Shown: positions 1 through 10,880, numbered from the stretch's first letter. The stretch is DNA of 57,194 nt from a virus (IMGVR_UViG_2778261542_000002:1-57194); one strand, 5' to 3'. Made by a program: numbers and translations. Notes: generated from the letters alone by a model not told the origin.

Positions 1-1374
1 ATGTTAGTTAGTAAAAGCAACGGATTTAACGCTAGCGCAGTTTTGGGTAGTGGAAGTTATAATGAAAATAAATCTTCTAAACACATGGAGCTACTAGCTC
101 ATAGTATTTTAAAATTAATTTGTAAGGAAGCTGCATCAGAGACGTATCGCGGTGCTCTTGAAACTTTACAAAAAATGATGTCTGAATGTATATATCAAGA
201 AGGCAACGCCTTTGTCATTATGGGAGCTGGAGAACAATTAAAACGTATTAAATATGAAGTTGGTGAAAATAACTTAAAGGTATTCAACGTACACTTTAAT
301 AATAATCACGAGTTAGTTAGTTCTGGTGAGCCTGACGTAATATGTTTAAGCAAGCAGGTCTGGGAAAATCTTCTCATTAAACTAAAGCTGGAAAACAATG
401 AAAATGTGTTTTCTGAAACTAAAAAATTATCGAATAAAAATAATGCCGATCAGTTTTTTGAATGCGCTAAAAGAAATGAACAGAACCTTTTCGATAATAT
501 AAGAAAAAGTGATTTTCATGTTGGTTTACTTAAGCCAAGTAGTACGCGTAGTGTTATTTTAGAAACGCCGCCAAATGTCTGTATGGAATCACGTAATTCA
601 TATGAAAACAAAATAGATGAGATTTCATCTTTGTCAGAGTCAAAGGAACACCCCATAGATATTCAAGAAAAAAAAGATGCGTTTGTGAATGAGTTCAAGG
701 GGATATTATTTGATAAAAATGGAAGGTCTTCAGAGTTTCTACTTAATTTTTATGAATGTTGCTATGAGTTTTTACCAAGAGCGCAGCCTCAGGATAAAAT
801 CGAAAGCTATAATTCAGCACTGCAAGCTTTCTCCATCTTTTGTTCATCTACGTTGATACATAATAATATAGGCTTTGATTTCAAATTATTTCCAGAAGTC
901 AAACTGTGTGGGGAAAATCTTGAAACGGTATTCAAATATAAAAATGGCGATGATGTCCGGGAGATAGCCAAAATTAACATTACTCTCCAAAAAGAAGAGG
1001 ATGGTTTATATAATTTAGGTGGATTGGATTTTAAGGGATGCTTCTTTTCTGGACAGAACTTCAGTAACTATGATATTCAATATGTGAACTGGGGAACGTC
1101 ATTGTTTGATCTTGATACTCCGTGTATTTTTAATGCGCCTGCTTACAACAAGAGTAATGAAAAATCATTAAAACCTGTGAGCGAAAACGGTTTAAGTGGA
1201 GTCTTGACTGATCGTAATAATAAAATAAAACTCATCACGGGCGTGGCACCATTCGATGATATTTTATTTATGGATGATGACTTTGATGATAGTTCCTCTG
1301 AGGATGATCCCGTTGAGAATAGTCCTGTTGTGACTAGTCCCGTTGTATCAAGTTCTAAAAGCAGTTTTCAATGA
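1..1374 (+). CDS. hypothetical protein (457 aa), AT-rich, C-terminal pentapeptide-like repeats; possibly 5-prime truncated by the window edge
   Basis: Uninterrupted ORF from base 1; low GC; 5-residue periodicity near C-terminus (LDFKG CFFSG QNFSN YDIQY); no catalytic motif recognised. Confidence 0.45.
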   Translation: MLVSKSNGFNASAVLGSGSYNENKSSKHMELLAHSILKLICKEAASETYRGALETLQKMMSECIYQEGNAFVIMGAGEQLKRIKYEVGENNLKVFNVHFNNNHELVSSGEPDVICLSKQVWENLLIKLKLENNENVFSETKKLSNKNNADQFFECAKRNEQNLFDNIRKSDFHVGLLKPSSTRSVILETPPNVCMESRNSYENKIDEISSLSESKEHPIDIQEKKDAFVNEFKGILFDKNGRSSEFLLNFYECCYEFLPRAQPQDKIESYNSALQAFSIFCSSTLIHNNIGFDFKLFPEVKLCGENLETVFKYKNGDDVREIAKINITLQKEEDGLYNLGGLDFKGCFFSGQNFSNYDIQYVNWGTSLFDLDTPCIFNAPAYNKSNEKSLKPVSENGLSGVLTDRNNKIKLITGVAPFDDILFMDDDFDDSSSEDDPVENSPVVTSPVVSSSKSSFQ

Positions 1375-1496
1375 TTAATAAATGGCTATTTTTACAAAGA
1401 GATAATAACGTAGATTGAAACAATATGTATTATTGATTGATTAAACGGGATTATTTTTTACACTACAACCATTTTGCTGCCACTACCAAAGAAAAA

Positions 1497-1534
1497 GGGG
1501 CTACGCTTTCACGTAACCCCTTGATTTATTTGTT
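1497..1534 (+). terminator. putative rho-independent terminator after the 457-aa ORF
   Basis: GGGGCTACG / CGTAACCCC stem followed by TTGATTTATTTGTT. Confidence 0.3.
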
Positions 1535-1647
1535 GAGCTGGCGGTGTCTGAATTGGTGCTGTAATTGGTTGAAATATTTATTCTAATGTCTGGTTCAACT
1601 TTCCTTAGCTGCCTGAAAGTTTTTTTGATCTTACCCATCAATAATAG

Positions 1648-1782
1648 GGTTACGGTACACCACGCCTGACTGATGAACTGCGTGCTCAGGGTTACCTCTT
1701 CAACGTAAAACCGTGGCAGGAGGTCCGGACTGAAAAAACTGCTCAGGACATTATCGGCGGTGGACGCACGGGTAGTCTGTAA
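1648..1782 (+). pseudogene. IS3-family (IS629-like) transposase OrfB remnant
   Basis: Short frame reading GYGTPRLTDELRAQGYLFNVK, resembling the IS3-family OrfB N-terminal region as I recall it, then diverging into a stop; no intact transposase. Confidence 0.4.
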
Positions 1783-1870
1783 ACCGAACCGACTGGGGCG
1801 CAGTATGTGGCATCTTGTCGTGCTGTTGGAGGAGCTGTGCAAACGTGGTATTAACTTTCGTGCTCTGGCC
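1760..1870 (+). pseudogene. internal fragment of a Pin/Gin/Hin-type serine DNA invertase
   Basis: Frame reads DARVVCKPNRLGRSMWHLVVLLEELCKRGINFRAL, matching the conserved invertase core (LVVWKLDRLGRSM.HL..LV.EL.ERGINFRSL); no catalytic N-terminus or C-terminal HTH. Confidence 0.45.
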
Positions 1871-2286
1871 CAATCTATATTTGCCCAACAATGGGGGGAC
1901 GAATGCTGTAAAAGTAAAAGAATCTGCGATCTCAAAGTTATTGTGTGATTTTTATGTGAGCAGAAGATATTCATCAGAAACGATTATGTAAATCATTTTA
2001 TTTTGCCGACGACCTGATTGTCGAAAGAAAAGAATACCCCCGTATTCCCTGAATAGATTGACTTTTTTATCCAACCATACTTCAGCGCACTGCGTTTAAA
2101 AAATGCTTCTTTCTTATGTGGAATATCATCATTTCATCATGATGTCTTTGATGAGCGGTGAACACAATACACTTGCGCTGTCTCTTCAGGATGAATCCCC
2201 TGGTCTGGTGCCTGTGGGCTGATGTTGCAGCAGAGCTAAGGTCGCTTAAACGCTACTCAGTATTCACTTTTCAGAGGATGAAATTT

Positions 2287-5200
2287 ATGAACAGGACCAG
2301 TCCCCATTATTGTCGCCGCTCAGTACTTTCCTTATTGATATCTGCCTTGATATATGCCCCGCCCGGTATGGCGGCCTTCACTCCTGATGTTATTGGTGTG
2401 GTAAACGATGAGACTGTAGATGGCAACCAAAAAGTGGATGAACGAGGTACAACAAATAACACTCATATTATCAACCATGGCCAGCAGAATGTTCATGGCG
2501 GGGTATCTAATGGAAGTCTTATTGAATCTGGTGGATATCAAGATATAGGAAGTCATAACAATTTTGTGGGGCAGGCTAATAATACAACCATTAACGGTGG
2601 CAGACAGTCAATTCATGACGGGGGTATTTCCACAGGTACGACAATCGAGAGTGGCAATCAGGACGTTTATAAAGGGGGTATCAGCAATGGAACGACAATT
2701 AAGGGCGGTGCTTCACGCGTAGAGGGAGGGAGTGCGAATGGAATACTCATTGATGGTGGTAGCCAGATAGTAAAAGTTCAAGGGCATGCTGATGGTACAA
2801 CGATAAATAAGTCTGGCTCTCAGGACGTAGTACAAGGAAGTCTGGCAACGAACACAACCATAAATGGTGGTCGACAGTATGTTGAACAGAGCACAGTAGA
2901 AACAACAACCATTAAAAATGGCGGTGAGCAAAGAGTATATGAGAGCCGTGCGCTGGACACGACGATTGAAGGCGGAACTCAGTCTCTGAATAGTAAGTCA
3001 ACGGCAAAAATTACGCAGATCTATTCTGGTGGCACGCAAATTGTTGATAACACCAGCACCTCGGATGTTATTGAAGTTTATTCCGGTGGCGTGCTTGATG
3101 TTAGTGGTGGTACGGCAACAAATGTTACCCAGCACGATGGTGCAATTTTAAAAACAAACACTAACGGTACGACGGTGAGCGGTACGAATAGTGAAGGTGC
3201 ATTCTCCATCCACAATAAAGTGGAAGACAATGTGTTGCTGGAAAATGGAGGCCATTTAGAAGTATCTCATTCCGCAAACAAGACGATTATTAAAGATAAA
3301 GGAACAATGTCAGTTTTAACGAATGCTAAAGCTGATGCGACCCGAATAGATAATGGCGGGGTTATGGATGTTGCAGGAAACGCGACAAATACCATAATTA
3401 ATGGTGGCACACAGAATCTTAATAATTATGGCATAGCCACAGGCACCAATATCAACAGCGGAACGCAAAATATCAAAAGCGGTGGGAAAGCTGACACAAC
3501 AATTATATCCTCCGGGAGCCAGCAAGTTGTTGAGAAAGATGGTACGGCAATTGGCAGCAATATTAGCGCCGGAGGCTCGCTGATTGTCTATACCGGCGGT
3601 ATTGCACATGGGGTTAACCAGGAGACGGGCAGTGCTTTAGTTGCCAACACGGGCGCAGGGACTGATATTGAAGGATACAACAAGCTCTCTCACTTCACTA
3701 TTACCGGAGGGGAGGCTAATTATGTTGTGCTGGAAAATACCGGCGAACTGACGGTAGTGGCTAAAACCTCGGCGAAAAATACTACCGTTGATGCTGGCGG
3801 TAAGCTGATTGTCCAGAAGGAGGCTAAAACAGATACCACCAGACTTAATAATGGTGGCGTTCTGGAGGTTCAGGACGGTGGTGAGGCTAAGCATGTTGAG
3901 CAACAATCCGGCGGCGCATTAATTGCTTCCACAACTTCCGGAACCCTTATCGAAGGAACCAACAGTTATGGTGATGCTTTCTACATCAGGAATTCAGAAG
4001 CTAAAAATGTAGTGCTGGAAAACGCTGGCTCATTAACAGTCGTCACTGGTTCCCGGGCAGTTGATACGATTATTAATGCCAACGGCAAAATGGATGTTTA
4101 TGGAAAAGATGTTGGCACTGTACTTAATAGTGCTGGCACCCAAACAATATATGCCAGTGCCACTTCTGATAAAGCAAATATCAAAGGTGGCAAGCAAACG
4201 GTATATGGTTTAGCCACTGAGGCAAATATTGAAAGTGGTGAACAAATTGTTGATGGTGGGTCAACTGACAAAACGCACATCAATGGCGGCACACAAACCG
4301 TTCAGAATTATGGTAAGGCGATCAATACCGATATCGTCTCTGGCCTACAACAAATTATGGCAAACGGGATAGCGGAAGGTTCCATTATTAATGGGTGTTC
4401 ACAGGTAGTTAATGAGGGCGGTCTGGCTGAAAACTCGGTGCTTAATGACGGCGGCACACTCGATGTGCGGGAGAAAGGCAGCGCAACGGGGATACAGCAG
4501 AGTAGCCAGGGCGCTTTGGTTGCAACCACCAGGGCGACGCGGGTCACAGGAACACGCGCGGATGGCGTCGCGTTCAGCATCGAGCAGGGTGCGGCGAACA
4601 ATATCCTGCTGGCAAATGGCGGCGTGTTAACCGTGGAGTCAGACACCTCTTCTGACAAAACACAGGTCAATACGGGCGGACGGGAGATCGTCAAAACAAA
4701 AGCCACTGCGACAGGCACGACGCTCACCGGCGGCGAACAAATCGTCGAGGGGGTGGCGAATGAGACAACGATTAACGACGGCGGAATACAAACAGTTTCA
4801 GCTAACGGAGAGGCAATAAAAACAAAGATCAATGAAGGCGGTACGCTGACAGTTAACGATAATGGCAAAGCGACAGATATCGTCCAGAACAGCGGTGCCG
4901 CTCTCCAGACGAGCACGGCTAACGGTATTGAAATCAGCGGTACTCACCAGTACGGCACTTTTTCCATTTCCGGCAATTTAGCGACCAATATGTTGCTGGA
5001 AAATGGCGGTAATTTATTGGTATTAGCAGGTACCGAAGCTCGCGACTCCACGGTTGGCAGCGGTGGAGCCGCCAACGGCAGTTATCGCAGCTACGGGCTG
5101 GGCGGTCACATTGAAACCGGGATGCGATTTACCGATGGTAACTGGAACCTGACGCCGTATGCATCGTTAACGGGGGTTCACCGCTGATAACCCTGAATAT

Positions 5201-5542
5201 CATTTATCCAATGGCATGGAATCGAAATCAGTCGATACCCGCAGTTTATATCGTGAACTGGGTGCAACGCTGAGTTACAACATGCGTCTGGGGAACGGTA
5301 TGGAAGTTGAGCCGTGGCTGAAGGCGGCTGTGCGCAAAGAATTTGTCGATGATAACCGGGTGAAAGTGAATAGTGACGGTAATTTCGTCAATGATTTGTC
5401 GGGCAGACGTGGAATATACCAGGCAGGTATTAAAGCCTCATTCAGCAGTACGTTAAGCGGGCATCTTGGGGTGGGGTATAGCCATGGTGCCGGTGTGGAA
5501 TCCCCGTGGAACGGGGTAGCTGGTGTGAACTGGTCGTTCTGA
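2287..5542 (+). pseudogene. AIDA-I/Ag43-type autotransporter adhesin, disrupted by frameshift with truncated beta-domain
   Basis: Signal-peptide-like start MNRTSPHYCRRSVLSLLISALIYAPPGMAA; ~950 aa of degenerate G-rich passenger repeats (NGG.Q.V..GG); frame-1 stop at 5185-5187; a different frame continues from 5171 to 5542 and ends in the canonical aromatic C-terminus NWSF; beta-domain far shorter than a full ~280-aa barrel. Confidence 0.6.
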
Positions 5543-5694
5543 CCATCAACGAAAAAGCCCACATCTGTGGGCTTTCATGTCACCAGGAGCCGCGGCTCCT
5601 TTGCGTATCCTTTTATGTCTCTTCACCGTCTGGTCGGTGTCCTGCTGAGACTGCTAACTTCCTGTTTTTATTGGTGTTGTCCTTATACCGTCCA

Positions 5695-5720
5695 ATCATG
5701 ATTGGCTGGCGGAGTTTGAA
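5695..5720. repeat. degenerate left copy of the att core (imperfect direct repeat of 17464-17496)
   Basis: ATCATGATTGGCTGGCGGAGTTTGAA versus ATCATGATTTGGTGGAGCTGGCGGGAGTTGAA at the integrase-proximal end. Confidence 0.35.
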
Positions 5721-5773
5721 TAAATATTGTATTGCTTTGATTTTTAATGATTTTGTTTAATTCAGTTTTTGTG

Positions 5774-5796
5774 CGTATACCTAATCGTATACCAAT
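5774..5796. repeat. 23-bp motif CGTATACCTAATCGTATACCAAT, possible integrase arm-type site (copy 1)
   Basis: Near-identical copy (one mismatch) at 17339-17361 in the same orientation, each just inside an att-like repeat. Confidence 0.3.
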
Positions 5797-5857
5797 GGCT
5801 GTAAGTTAATGTGAAATGAAAGCGCATTTTTACTTGGATTGATGCTATATCGTACAG

Positions 5858-6156
5858 GAAAAAAATTTTTTTTCGGAAGAACTGTTCACACTGTTCACCT
5901 TTCTGTTTTTTCCTTTTATTTCAGTTGGATAGGTGGTGAATAATGGGTGAAGGGTGAACATTCGATTCTTCACCTCCGGCATTCTGCCGGTGTGACTCAT
6001 ACCGGCGATTAATCCTCCGCACTGAAAATCACACAGGAAGAAAAAAAGTTTTTTTTGATTTGATTGTTCACACTGTTCACCTTTCGTTTTTCTCTTTTGA
6101 TTTCAGTGTGATAACGGGTGAACATACGGTGAAGGGTGAACACTGGATTGTTCACC
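5858..6156. repeat. crr-like cis replication region: two ~115-bp direct repeats carrying TGTTCACC iterons
   Basis: Repeat units at about 5858-5974 and 6038-6156 are near-identical; each contains TGTTCACACTGTTCACC and GGGTGAAGGGTGAACA; sits just 3-prime of alpha, as crr does in P4. Confidence 0.55.
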
Positions 6157-6171
6157 TTCGGGGGATTCAGG

Positions 6172-6199
6172 GATGAAAAAAGACCGGCAGATGCCGGTC
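6172..6199 (-). terminator. putative rho-independent terminator of the alpha operon
   Basis: Perfect palindrome GACCGGCA/TGCCGGTC followed on the minus strand by a T-run, 17 nt after the alpha stop. Confidence 0.4.
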
Positions 6200-6215
6200 A
6201 GATGAGTCATGATGG

Positions 6216-8549
6216 TCAGGTTGTTGCAGGGTCGTCACATTTTGGCAGCCAGTCGCCGTAGCTTTCCTCTTTCAGCGTCAGGTTGGTCTGTATCCCCTGT
6301 TTGGTATGGCGCTTCTCGTAATTCAGTCCGTATTCCTTCAGCATCACCGGCAGCCCCAGCCCGAACATTTTCAGACTGAGTACATTCCGGTAGCCGTTTG
6401 CCTCCATGTAGGCCAGATAGGCGTGATAGAGGTATTTACGGTAATTACGCGGGATGATACTGGCGTTCCCCATATACATGCCGCTGGTCTGCGGCAGGGT
6501 TTCCAGATAGCCGATAAAATCAAACGTCGGGTCGGCATCCCGTTTGATGTTCAGTGCCTCGTCTGAGTTCTGCTGGGACTGAAGCAGTGACCGGGCGAGC
6601 ATCGGGTCGCTGAACTTCTGCATCAGGTGACGCACGATGACCGCCAGCTCGCGGGTGATTTTGTCCTTAAGCTGCGGGTCGCGCTCCTGCGGGGCTATCT
6701 GTTCCGGGAAGTGAATAATCACCCGCCGGCGTGACACGCCGCCGCTGCGGTCGGTGAAGCGCATCGGGTTATTGTTCACGGCCAGAATTACCGCCGGGAT
6801 GTGCGTGGAGTACGCATCCCGGTATTTCGGGTCAACGGACACCGCATCGCCGCCGGTGATGGCCTTGAGTCCGGCTCCGTCGCCGCTCCATTTTTCCTGG
6901 TCCGGCAGGCGTATCAGTGAGAAGCCAGTTAACGCGGCACGTTCACGCGGGGATTCCAGCGTCTCGATGGTGGCCGACGTGGCGTTATCCTCACCAGCCA
7001 GCAGGGTGGCTATTTCGGCCATGATACTTTTGCCGCTGCCGCCGGGACCGGTCACCTCCAGAAAGAGCTGCCAGTCGTAGCGGTTTGCCAGCACCATAAA
7101 CAGTGCGGCCAGAATCACGTCGCGTTTTTCCGCACGGCCACCGGCGGCACGGTCAAGCCAGCGCCAGAACGCGGGGGCGTGGGTCTCCAGTGTTTCACCG
7201 TCCACCGGCGGGGTGAAATCCACATCGCACAGGGTGCGCATCCAGTGTGACGGACTGTGCGGGTGGAACGTGCCGTTCTGCGTGTCGAGCACGCCGTTAC
7301 GAAAGCCAATCAGGCGGCGGGAGGGGGCTTCCTGCTGCGGAATAATCAGCTTCAGGGTGTCCACCACGGAGGCCACCTTCCCGGAGGAGAACGGCGCGCG
7401 CAGACGCTGAAACAGCCCGGCCACATCCCGGGCAAAGTCCTGTGGTGGCAGCACCTTCCAGACACCATTTTCATAGCGGGACAGAAGCTGGCCGTTGGCA
7501 TCAACCGCGAGCGCCTCGCCGTAATGCTCATAGATACGCATGGCCTTTTCGCTGGTACTCATGGCGGAAAACTCCGCTTCGCTCATGGTGTCGAACGGGC
7601 TTTCAGCCGGTGGCCGGATGGCATCGTAAATGGCCTTACGGGTGGCCTCCCCGCCGTACTGCGTGAAGGCATCATTCCAGTCACCGAAGACCGGCGGCAG
7701 GGCAACAACGCCCTCACACGCATCTGCGGCTGCGGCGGCTTTTGTCTGGCCGTCACCGCTGAGGTCACGGTCTGCGGCAAGGACAATCTGACAGGCCGGA
7801 TACTTCTGTCGGGCAAGGCTGGCCAGAGAAAGGAGGTTCACGGAAGAAAGCGCCACCATCACCGTTTCACCGGTCAGGTGATGCACGGTAAGTGCGGTCG
7901 CGTATCCCTCCGCTATCCACAGACGTTTTCCTGCCTGATTCTGTCCTTCAAGGGTGTGACAGGTGCCCCTGACCTGTCCGCCTTTCAGGGTGCGCTTACG
8001 GCCGTCAGCACTGATTAACTGAAGGTTAACCAGTTCGCCGCTGTCGTCATACAGTGGCACCACAAGGTCACCGGCGCGCCAGCTCACGCCACCGGCTCTG
8101 TGTGTGCCGGTCAGCATCCGGCATTCCCGGCCGGGAAAGCCCTTGCGGGTCAGGTAGGCGTTACCGGTTCCGGGACGGGTTTTTGCCATCAGGGTTTGTG
8201 CCAGTGCGGCGGCGTTCTTCCGGGCGGCTTCTGTTTCAGCACCGGCGGCGGCCGTCACTGCCGGGTCAGCCGGGGGCAGGCAGCCGGTCACGGCAGCCAC
8301 CTTTGCGGCCGCGTCGGACGGGGAAACACCAAACACCTTTTCAACCAGTTTCAGGCCGTCACCGGCACCACACTGATTGCAGTACCAGGTGCCACGCCCC
8401 TCCCTGTCATCAAAACGGAAGCGGTCACTCCCGCCACAGACCGGACAGGGCTGATGACGGTTCTTCAGCACCTGAATCCCCAGCGCCGGGAGAATACGCG
8501 GCCAGTGGCCGAGCGCATGGCTGACGGTGGCGGTTACGTTCATTTTCAT
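6216..8549 (-). CDS. alpha: P4 alpha-type primase-helicase (777 aa)
   Basis: N-terminal zinc-binding primase motif CPVCGGSDRFRFDD...WYCNQCG; Walker A GPGGSGKS; length identical to P4 alpha; flanked by iteron clusters. Confidence 0.9.
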   Translation of the reverse strand: MKMNVTATVSHALGHWPRILPALGIQVLKNRHQPCPVCGGSDRFRFDDREGRGTWYCNQCGAGDGLKLVEKVFGVSPSDAAAKVAAVTGCLPPADPAVTAAAGAETEAARKNAAALAQTLMAKTRPGTGNAYLTRKGFPGRECRMLTGTHRAGGVSWRAGDLVVPLYDDSGELVNLQLISADGRKRTLKGGQVRGTCHTLEGQNQAGKRLWIAEGYATALTVHHLTGETVMVALSSVNLLSLASLARQKYPACQIVLAADRDLSGDGQTKAAAAADACEGVVALPPVFGDWNDAFTQYGGEATRKAIYDAIRPPAESPFDTMSEAEFSAMSTSEKAMRIYEHYGEALAVDANGQLLSRYENGVWKVLPPQDFARDVAGLFQRLRAPFSSGKVASVVDTLKLIIPQQEAPSRRLIGFRNGVLDTQNGTFHPHSPSHWMRTLCDVDFTPPVDGETLETHAPAFWRWLDRAAGGRAEKRDVILAALFMVLANRYDWQLFLEVTGPGGSGKSIMAEIATLLAGEDNATSATIETLESPRERAALTGFSLIRLPDQEKWSGDGAGLKAITGGDAVSVDPKYRDAYSTHIPAVILAVNNNPMRFTDRSGGVSRRRVIIHFPEQIAPQERDPQLKDKITRELAVIVRHLMQKFSDPMLARSLLQSQQNSDEALNIKRDADPTFDFIGYLETLPQTSGMYMGNASIIPRNYRKYLYHAYLAYMEANGYRNVLSLKMFGLGLPVMLKEYGLNYEKRHTKQGIQTNLTLKEESYGDWLPKCDDPATT

Positions 8550-8563
8550 GGTGTTGTTCTCCT

Positions 8564-8884
8564 TCAGTGCAGTACCGGCGCTTTTATGTGACGGGCACAG
8601 AGTTCATCCATCACAACCAGCCCGAGAAAGGACAGCGACGGCGCGGCCTTCAGGGGGCCGGATTCCATTAAATCTTCCAGCAGGGCACAGGCTATCTGAC
8701 GCCCTTTTTCCTCACCGTGCTGGCGCAGATAAAAGCCTTCCAGCTCAGCGGCGATGGCCGCCTCCAGTGACTCAAGGGTGAGATGCGGGTAGCGGTGCTG
8801 ACGTTCGCACACGGTCAGCCAGGCACAGGCGACAGCGCGACGGTAAAGGGCAGCGCGTAAGACGGGCGGTAAGGGTGTTTTCAT
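8564..8884 (-). CDS. hypothetical protein (106 aa) in the alpha operon
   Basis: ORF in operon context between the 151-aa ORF and alpha; no motif recognised. Confidence 0.55.
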
Positions 8885-9019
8885 TTGTTTTCCTCCCTGT
8901 GACAGATGACTGCATTCCGTGCCGGTTGCATTAACTGATAAGGCATATCTGCGTCTCCTGAAGACGTGCGTATCCCTGCGCGAATACGCACATTTAATTT
9001 TTCGGGTATCGTTTTTTAA

Positions 9020-9475
9020 TTACAGATAATTGCGGTAACTGTTATCCGGGGTGATTTCCGGGTCAGGCTCCGTGCGGGGAATTTCCCGCCATTCCCGCGC
9101 CACCGGTGCCGCCCGGCTGGCCGGAACAGTGTCCTGCGGGTAAATATCCAGATATTTCTCCCGCCATTTCTGTAATTCCGGGTCTCCGGCCATTTCTTTC
9201 AGTACCGCATGCCGGTTTACGGGGCTGCGTTTAAACAGGTCAGGACGGTCACAGGTAAATTCCCGCAGAAAACGCCCCAGCGGGATGTCTGTGGTGCGCC
9301 CGTCATCGAGGATACGCACAAGGATACTGAATTTACGGCGGTACGGGTTCCAGACAATGTCCGGGCAGCGGTACGGCATTTCCCACGGAATACCGTCTTC
9401 CAGAATGCCGACCACGGCCACATCGGGAAAACCGGCAGAACGGTAAATCTCACCGGGCTGGGGAAAATCAAACAT
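9020..9475 (-). CDS. hypothetical protein (151 aa), size-matched to P4 orf151
   Basis: ORF in operon; start overlaps the stop of the upstream gene (ATGTTTGA). Confidence 0.6.
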   Translation of the reverse strand: MFDFPQPGEIYRSAGFPDVAVVGILEDGIPWEMPYRCPDIVWNPYRRKFSILVRILDDGRTTDIPLGRFLREFTCDRPDLFKRSPVNRHAVLKEMAGDPELQKWREKYLDIYPQDTVPASRAAPVAREWREIPRTEPDPEITPDNSYRNYL

Positions 9476-9755
9476 GCGTCCTGTCTCCCCGGTCTTTCTG
9501 CTGGGCGAGAAAATCGCGGCACAGGCCTTTGGCTTTCAGCTCATTCAGCACAAAATCAATATCTTCATTCAGGTAGCTGAAAATATGCGGAATGTAGAGC
9601 TGATGCAGGCCGGAGAGTTCACGGTGAATCAAATCACCCCCAACAAACTGGGATACGGCGCTGGCGCGGTTGAGCTTATGGTAAGCCTCAATGCTGAGGT
9701 GTTCACGGGCGTCATGACGTGCTGAGACGGTCTGAGGGGCTTTTTTATTACGCAC
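9468..9755 (-). CDS. epsilon-like small protein (95 aa), GTG start
   Basis: GGAGGTG Shine-Dalgarno 5 nt before GTG at 9755; positioned where P4 encodes the derepression protein epsilon; identity to epsilon not verified. Confidence 0.45.
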   Translation of the reverse strand: MRNKKAPQTVSARHDAREHLSIEAYHKLNRASAVSQFVGGDLIHRELSGLHQLYIPHIFSYLNEDIDFVLNELKAKGLCRDFLAQQKDRGDRTHV

Positions 9756-9945
9756 GGGACACCTCCACCACCGGCAGACGGGCAGCAAGGGAGAGCACAT
9801 AGTCACGGACAAGGGAACGGCGGGCGCTGCGTTCATCACCGGCGACGGTGCGAAGCATGCAGATACGGGGATGACGGTCTGCGCGACGGACAGCCGCAAA
9901 CACAAAGACAAATTCAGGGTGTGAGGGGGTAAGGGTTGTAGCCAT
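9748..9945 (-). CDS. small hypothetical protein (65 aa)
   Basis: ATG at 9945 preceded by GGAGG with 7-nt spacing; stop overlaps the epsilon-like GTG (GTGCGTAA); the longer 211-aa ORF upstream is not supported. Confidence 0.3.
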   Translation of the reverse strand: MATTLTPSHPEFVFVFAAVRRADRHPRICMLRTVAGDERSARRSLVRDYVLSLAARLPVVEVSRA

Positions 9946-10334
9946 AAGGCAGCCTCCTTCGAGTAGCAAATAACTGCTATCGCCGGAGTTCTCACGCTCG
10001 ATGGCGATAGCCCAGACGGGGGTGAGAATACCGGCCTCGAAGAATACCGGCCAGCCCGGAGGCTGCCCCGCCTGAGCTACCATTGACTCAGTGGCATAAC
10101 ATGCGATTGCGAACAGGATCATACCTGCACGGCAAACCACACGCCACACCATAATCTGGCGCTCTGTGGCGTTGATTGCGACACAAAAAAAGACGCATGG
10201 CGCGTCATATGTCGCCTTCGAGTTACACGGGTTCTCACGCCCGGCTGCCGATTTTGCGGCAGCGGAAAAACTATATCCGCAAATGCCGGAAAAAGGCAAG
10301 CCAGAAAAAGGGACTTTTTGCAGAACAGGCATCA

Positions 10335-10601
10335 TCATGCGTCGTACCCCCGTTTGCGTCCGGCAATGCGGCCGGCCATCCATGCGGTGACTTCAGAGTG
10401 CAGCCAGGCCACATTTTTACCGCCAAGACTCACCTGCGGCGGAAATTCCCCCTTACGGATGAGTTCATAGATGGTCGAGCGTGACAGGCCGCACAGGTGC
10501 ATCACTTCCGGAAGACGTAAAAAACGCTCCTGTGTGATGTCCGGCAGCGGCATCAGTGGCGTCACAGGGGCGGGAGACGGGGAAGAAAAAACAGCTTGCA
10601 T
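10335..10601 (-). CDS. alpA: AlpA-family phage transcriptional regulator
   Basis: HTH segment [50 protein letters not shown] typical of AlpA; Shine-Dalgarno GAGGT before the ATG. Confidence 0.8.
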   Translation of the reverse strand: MQAVFSSPSPAPVTPLMPLPDITQERFLRLPEVMHLCGLSRSTIYELIRKGEFPPQVSLGGKNVAWLHSEVTAWMAGRIAGRKRGYDA

Positions 10602-10750
10602 CGGGCTACCTCGTTAATGTCCATACAGCACCGGATAAGTCCGTCCGGCTTCGGGTAGCGCTTTATTTTGTGAATATTTTCAGCAGACGCAACAGGGGGG
10701 ATTTGTTCCGGCAGCCTTACAATGGTTGTGTGTTTTTTGTTCATTTCCAC

Positions 10751-10780
10751 TTAAAGTCATTTAAAGCCACTTAAAGCAAT
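10751..10780. repeat. three tandem 10-bp repeats TTAAAG(T/C)CA(T/C) upstream of the alpA-alpha operon
   Basis: TTAAAGTCAT TTAAAGCCAC TTAAAGCAAT in helical phase; candidate operator. Confidence 0.3.
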
Positions 10781-10880
10781 TTGTAATTTTTATAGTGAAA
10801 TACAAATCGTTTCTTCTTATTCATTCCCGGCGAATTAATAAAAACAAACAGTAGTAAACAGCACAAAAAGTCCATGAGCG

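Noticed and set aside
1501-1974. 157-aa minus-strand ORF across the IS/invertase remnant region
   Set aside because: Runs antisense to recognisable transposase and invertase fragments; likely chance ORF.
2332-4916. Minus-strand and internal ORFs (74-202 aa) inside the autotransporter passenger
   Set aside because: Antisense or out-of-frame to a long repeat-rich coding region; Pro/Ser/Cys-rich low-complexity translations typical of spurious ORFs.
5858-6156. CRISPR array suggested by the short repeated GTGAACA/TGTTCACC units (also at 10881-10985)
   Set aside because: Repeats are 8-9 bp iterons in mixed orientation inside two ~115-bp direct repeats, with no regular repeat-spacer periodicity; they fit P4 ori/crr iterons.
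6306-8591. Plus-strand ORFs (up to 253 aa) overlapping the alpha gene
   Set aside because: Antisense to a confidently identified gene in GC-rich DNA; Arg/Gly/His-rich translations with no motifs.
9748-10383. 211-aa minus-strand ORF spanning the epsilon-alpA interval
   Set aside because: Overlaps alpA and has no start context; only its last 65 codons (9748-9945) have a credible ATG and Shine-Dalgarno.
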